This document shows, one piece after another, positions 60,354-64,000 of a stretch of 64,000 nucleotides of DNA. The position numbers were made by a program, and so were the translations under genes. The stretch's first letter is position 1. The number at the start of each line of letters is the position of its first letter. The notes under the pieces are model-generated. The model had not been told where the DNA came from. It made no database searches and was given only the letters and a program-made list of their open reading frames with translations. The stretch comes from an uncultured Succinivibrio sp. (GTDB lineage Bacteria > Pseudomonadota > Gammaproteobacteria > Enterobacterales > Succinivibrionaceae), in the NCBI GenBank assembly GCA_902785325.1, contig CACZXZ010000006.1, positions 3,182-67,181 on the forward strand, written 5' to 3'.

Positions 60354-62522
60354 ATGGGAGAGGATACTTGTTTAATTCCAAAATGCGAAGGATTAACTCC
60401 TCTAGAACAAGCTTTATCATCTCCTAATTTTCATTACTATGAGCACATGAGAGCACTAATGTGCTCTTATCTTCCTAAAGAAGCCGTAGCTTTAATCGAC
60501 AGAACATTCTTTGTTGCTGATTTTGCTCACCGTGAGCAAAAAAGAGCCTCAGGCGAACCATATATCATCCACCCAATTGCAGTAGCTACTGTAATAGTCC
60601 AAATGCACTTAGATGTAGAATCAGTGCAAGCAGCTTTACTTCATGACGTTGTAGAAGACACCTTTATCACCTCTGATATGCTAGAGCAAGAGTTTGGTCC
60701 TACCGTCAATGAGATAGTAGATGGTGTTACCAAACTTGATAAACTAAGATTCCATGACTACAAAGAAGCTCAAATGGAGAATTTTAGAAAGATGATCTTA
60801 GCGATGACTAAGGACATCCGTGTAATTCTCATCAAGCTTGCTGATAGAACTCATAACATGAGAACTTTAGGTGCACTAAGACCAGACAAAAGAGTCAGAA
60901 TTGCTAAAGAAACTTTAGATGTGTTCGTGCCTATCGCTAACCGTTTAGGTATTTCTGACATAAGAGCCGAGTTAGAAGAATTATGCATGGCTTCTATCTA
61001 CCCTATGCGTTATAGGGTGCTAAAAGCAGCTGTTACTCGAGCTAGAAATAATCGCAAAGAAGTAGTTTCAAGTATTCAAGAAGCTATTAAAGCTCGTCTT
61101 AAAGAAGCAAAAATCGAAGGCAGAGTTTTAGGTCGTGAAAAAAGAATTTTCTCTATATACAAAAAGATGGTTCACAAAGAACTGCAATTTAGAGAAATCA
61201 TGGATGTATATGGCTTTAGAATTATCTTAAAAGACGTTGATACTTGCTATCGTGTCTTAGGTCAAATGCACAATCTATTTAAACCAAGACCTAACGGCTT
61301 TAAAGATTACATTGCTATACCTAAATTAAACGGTTACCAATCATTACACACTTCTTTAATTGGTCCACATGGTGTACCAATTGAAATTCAGATTAGAACC
61401 GAGTTGATGGATCAGATGGCAGCTCGTGGTGTAGCTGCGCACTGGGCTTATAAGGAGAATGGATCTAAAGCTGTTTCCACAGCCTCTCAAAAGAATGCTC
61501 AGGATTGGATTAAAAATCTAATAGATTTGCAACAAAGCGCAGGATCTTCACTTGAATTTGTGGAAGATGTAAAGACCGATTTATTCCCAGATTCTATCTT
61601 TGTATTTACCCCTGACGGTATGATTTATAACTTACCTAAAGGTGCAACCCCTGTAGATTTTGCTTATGCCTTGCATACTGATATTGGTAATCACTGTATC
61701 GGTGCGAGAGTAAATCACCACGCATTTCCATTATCTAGAAGCTTAATTTCAGGTCAAACCGTTGAAATTATAACTTCCCCAACAGCAAGTCCAAATGCAA
61801 TTTGGTTATCTACAGTGGTAACCTCTAGAGCGCGCTCAAGCATTAGACAATATCTAAAGGGACTTCGTTCTCAAGAGTGTCAATTGATTGGTAGACGCTT
61901 ACTGCAAAATGCTTTGAGATCTCAAAAGCTAGATAACTTATCTGAAGAAACTATTCAGAGTATCTTAGTAAACTTCAAAGAGCCTGATTTAAACGCTTTA
62001 TATAGCGACATTGCCATGGGTAATATCTTAACTGTTGCTGTGGCTAAATTCTTAGATCCTAACACTCACAACCACCACGAGTTACCAATTAAAGGTACAG
62101 GTGGTTTGCCATTTATCTTTGCCCAATGCTGCATGCCAATTCCTGGAGATGAAATCATTGCACATATAGCGCAAGGTCGTGGTATCGTTATTCATACTAA
62201 AAATTGCAAGAATCTACGTCAAAGTGATCTAGGGCCTGGCAAATCCTTAAATGTAAGCTGGAACTACACTATAACAGCTAATATGGACTTTAAAACTGGC
62301 TTACAAATTGAAATTGAGAACCGACAAGGTATTGTTTCAGAAATTTCTAATGCCATTGATCTTGCAAGCTCACGCATTGAAAGTATCAACTCTGATCTTA
62401 AAGATGAGAAGACTTTTAGAATTGAACTTGTAATTGCAGTAAGAGACAGATTACATCTAGCCTCTGTGATTAAACATTTGAGAAAAGTACCAAACATTCT
62501 TTCAATACATCGTCGCAAATAA
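60354..62522 (+). CDS. spoT: Bifunctional (p)ppGpp hydrolase/synthetase SpoT
   Basis: HREQKRASGEPYIIHP, LLHDVVEDT, KLADRTHNMRTL, KDYIAIPK.NGYQSLHT, TGS and ACT regions; follows rpoZ. Confidence 0.95.
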   Translation: MGEDTCLIPKCEGLTPLEQALSSPNFHYYEHMRALMCSYLPKEAVALIDRTFFVADFAHREQKRASGEPYIIHPIAVATVIVQMHLDVESVQAALLHDVVEDTFITSDMLEQEFGPTVNEIVDGVTKLDKLRFHDYKEAQMENFRKMILAMTKDIRVILIKLADRTHNMRTLGALRPDKRVRIAKETLDVFVPIANRLGISDIRAELEELCMASIYPMRYRVLKAAVTRARNNRKEVVSSIQEAIKARLKEAKIEGRVLGREKRIFSIYKKMVHKELQFREIMDVYGFRIILKDVDTCYRVLGQMHNLFKPRPNGFKDYIAIPKLNGYQSLHTSLIGPHGVPIEIQIRTELMDQMAARGVAAHWAYKENGSKAVSTASQKNAQDWIKNLIDLQQSAGSSLEFVEDVKTDLFPDSIFVFTPDGMIYNLPKGATPVDFAYALHTDIGNHCIGARVNHHAFPLSRSLISGQTVEIITSPTASPNAIWLSTVVTSRARSSIRQYLKGLRSQECQLIGRRLLQNALRSQKLDNLSEETIQSILVNFKEPDLNALYSDIAMGNILTVAVAKFLDPNTHNHHELPIKGTGGLPFIFAQCCMPIPGDEIIAHIAQGRGIVIHTKNCKNLRQSDLGPGKSLNVSWNYTITANMDFKTGLQIEIENRQGIVSEISNAIDLASSRIESINSDLKDEKTFRIELVIAVRDRLHLASVIKHLRKVPNILSIHRRK

Positions 62523-62658
62523 TCCTGTTTGCACTAATTTAAACAGAAATAGATAATTTACCTATATTCTAGTGATCTATATCATTTCATTTACTCTCTT
62601 TTGTTGTCTTTTTCTTGGTATGCCCTATATTTTCAAATAAGTCTTAAGGAAAATTACC

Positions 62659-63621
62659 ATGAATAAATTCACTAAAGCCTTTTTAAAAACTGATGAGTTG
62701 GTAGCTAAAAAAGAAGATCTTGAGAAATACTACTTATCTCATACTGAGAACTTGTCTTTTACAAACGACGAAGGAATTACCCTAACAGCTACTAAATTCA
62801 TTATTGATGATCCTATTGCAAGGATTGTGATTATTCCTGGTCGTGGAGAAATTGCCCACAAGTACTATGAGTTATTCTACACCTTAGGACAATTACGCAT
62901 AGGAGCCGTGATCTGCTTTGCTAGAGGACAAGCTACCTCCACTCGTTTACTTGAAAATAAACAAAAATGCCATATTGAGCATTTTGAAGATTTTGCAAAG
63001 GACATTTGCTTTATTTTAGATAAGCTCAATATTACAAATTACAAGCTATTAGCTTTTTCAATTGGAGGCTTAATCTCTTTAGATATCATCAAGAATATGC
63101 CTAATAAACCAGAAAAAGCAGCTTTAATTGCCCCATATATTTGGCCTTACTTTAAATTAAATAAAACCTTATTAAAGCTATTTGTTAATACTTTAGGTAC
63201 TCTTCCTTATACAAAGACTATGTATACACCTCATGGCAAGGAGTATAAGAAAGTGCCTTTTGAAATAAATCATCACTCTCATAATCAAGTAAGGTATGAC
63301 AATTACCACGATTACTATGCAAAACATCCTGCCTACACTATTGGAGGACCAACCTTTAAATTCGTAAAAGAAGCTTTAAGAAAACAACTTGAACTTATCA
63401 AAGGAAAGTTTGACTTTACTATTCCTGTCTATGTTCAAGCTGCTGGGGACGATAAGGTTGTAAGTACAAAAGAGTCTCAGGCATATTTTTTAAGTCATCA
63501 ACACGATACAATTCCACCTAAATATGAAATAATTGACAATGCTTACCACGATATCCTAAACGAAGATGATCAATATAGGATAAAATGTTTAGCTAATGCT
63601 TTAAAATTTCTAATAGGTTAG
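62659..63621 (+). CDS. Lysophospholipase L2-like alpha/beta hydrolase
   Basis: PGRGE..KYYE, RGQATS.RLL, nucleophile elbow AFSIGG, terminal HDILNE; PldB-like. Confidence 0.75.
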   Translation: MNKFTKAFLKTDELVAKKEDLEKYYLSHTENLSFTNDEGITLTATKFIIDDPIARIVIIPGRGEIAHKYYELFYTLGQLRIGAVICFARGQATSTRLLENKQKCHIEHFEDFAKDICFILDKLNITNYKLLAFSIGGLISLDIIKNMPNKPEKAALIAPYIWPYFKLNKTLLKLFVNTLGTLPYTKTMYTPHGKEYKKVPFEINHHSHNQVRYDNYHDYYAKHPAYTIGGPTFKFVKEALRKQLELIKGKFDFTIPVYVQAAGDDKVVSTKESQAYFLSHQHDTIPPKYEIIDNAYHDILNEDDQYRIKCLANALKFLIG

Positions 63622-63630
63622 GAAAAGTAA

Positions 63631-64000
63631 ATGACTCAAGAAGTTGATAATAATCCACAAGACGATGAGAATAAAATCCCTGTTAATATCATTACTGGTT
63701 TTTTAGGCAGTGGCAAAACAACCTTACTTAACCATTGGGTTAACAGTCCAGAATTAAAAGATACCTTAGTTTTAATCAATGAATTTGGTGACGTTGGTCT
63801 AGATCACGAATTAGTAGAATCTGTAGATTCCTCCGTTGTGCTATTACAATCAGGTTGCATCTGTTGCTCCCTTCAAGGTGCTTTAGTAGATAGCCTTGCA
63901 ACTAACTTAATTAAAGCTCAACGTGGTGAAATTCCTCAGTTTAAACGAGTAATTATCGAGACTACAGGTCTTGCTGATCCTTCAGGTGTAATTAGCACTT
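63631..64000 (+). CDS. COG0523 (CobW/YjiA-like) metallochaperone GTPase, truncated by window end
   Basis: Not in ORF track; my translation: MTQEVDN...IPVNIITGFLGSGKTTLLNH...INEFGDVGLDH...SGCICCS...IIETTGLADP. Confidence 0.9.
   Translation, partial: MTQEVDNNPQDDENKIPVNIITGFLGSGKTTLLNHWVNSPELKDTLVLINEFGDVGLDHELVESVDSSVVLLQSGCICCSLQGALVDSLATNLIKAQRGEIPQFKRVIIETTGLADPSGVIST

Noticed and set aside
1257-62518. Other short ORFs antisense to or nested in long genes (e.g. 1257-1499, 4376-4600, 10512-10748, 27784-28032, 33336-33635, 35997-36293, 44695-44988, 62264-62518)
   Set aside because: All lie within well-supported genes and show no recognisable motifs.

Overview
AT-rich (roughly one-third G+C by eye) gammaproteobacterial chromosome segment. 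Gene content and synteny (ilvY/ilvC next to rep, aroE-tsaC-purE-yrdD divergent from def-fmt-rsmB-trkA-trkH, typA/yihY, ntrBC, yihA, gmk-rpoZ-spoT) suggest an Aeromonadales-type gut anaerobe such as a Succinivibrionaceae member; this is inference, not a database result. Bases 1-7.5 kb look accessory: a pentose ABC transporter plus araA under a LacI-type operator, a TetR/Acg-nitroreductase cassette with twin operators, and att-like 12-bp repeats next to a tRNA-Arg(CCG)/tRNA-Leu(CAG) pair. The rest is mostly housekeeping. No CRISPR array, rRNA, transposase or integrase was seen. The strongest leads are intact ORFs with rewired or degenerate domains: (1) a mobile-element-type Zn-finger/TOPRIM primase with an apparently dead RecA/DnaB-like tail, 1 nt upstream of rep; (2) an NtrC that lost Walker A Lys, the GAFTGA loop and Walker B Asp but kept its receiver and HTH, with tandem NtrC boxes and no glnA or sigma54 promoter; (3) a MelB-like symporter fused to a PTS EIIA(Fru/Ntr) domain, overlapping an orphan ModA-fold protein; (4) a same-length MenA paralog with no catalytic aspartates; (5) a TrkA with both Rossmann loops altered. 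Domain calls rest on motif recognition from memory and need HMM or structure confirmation.
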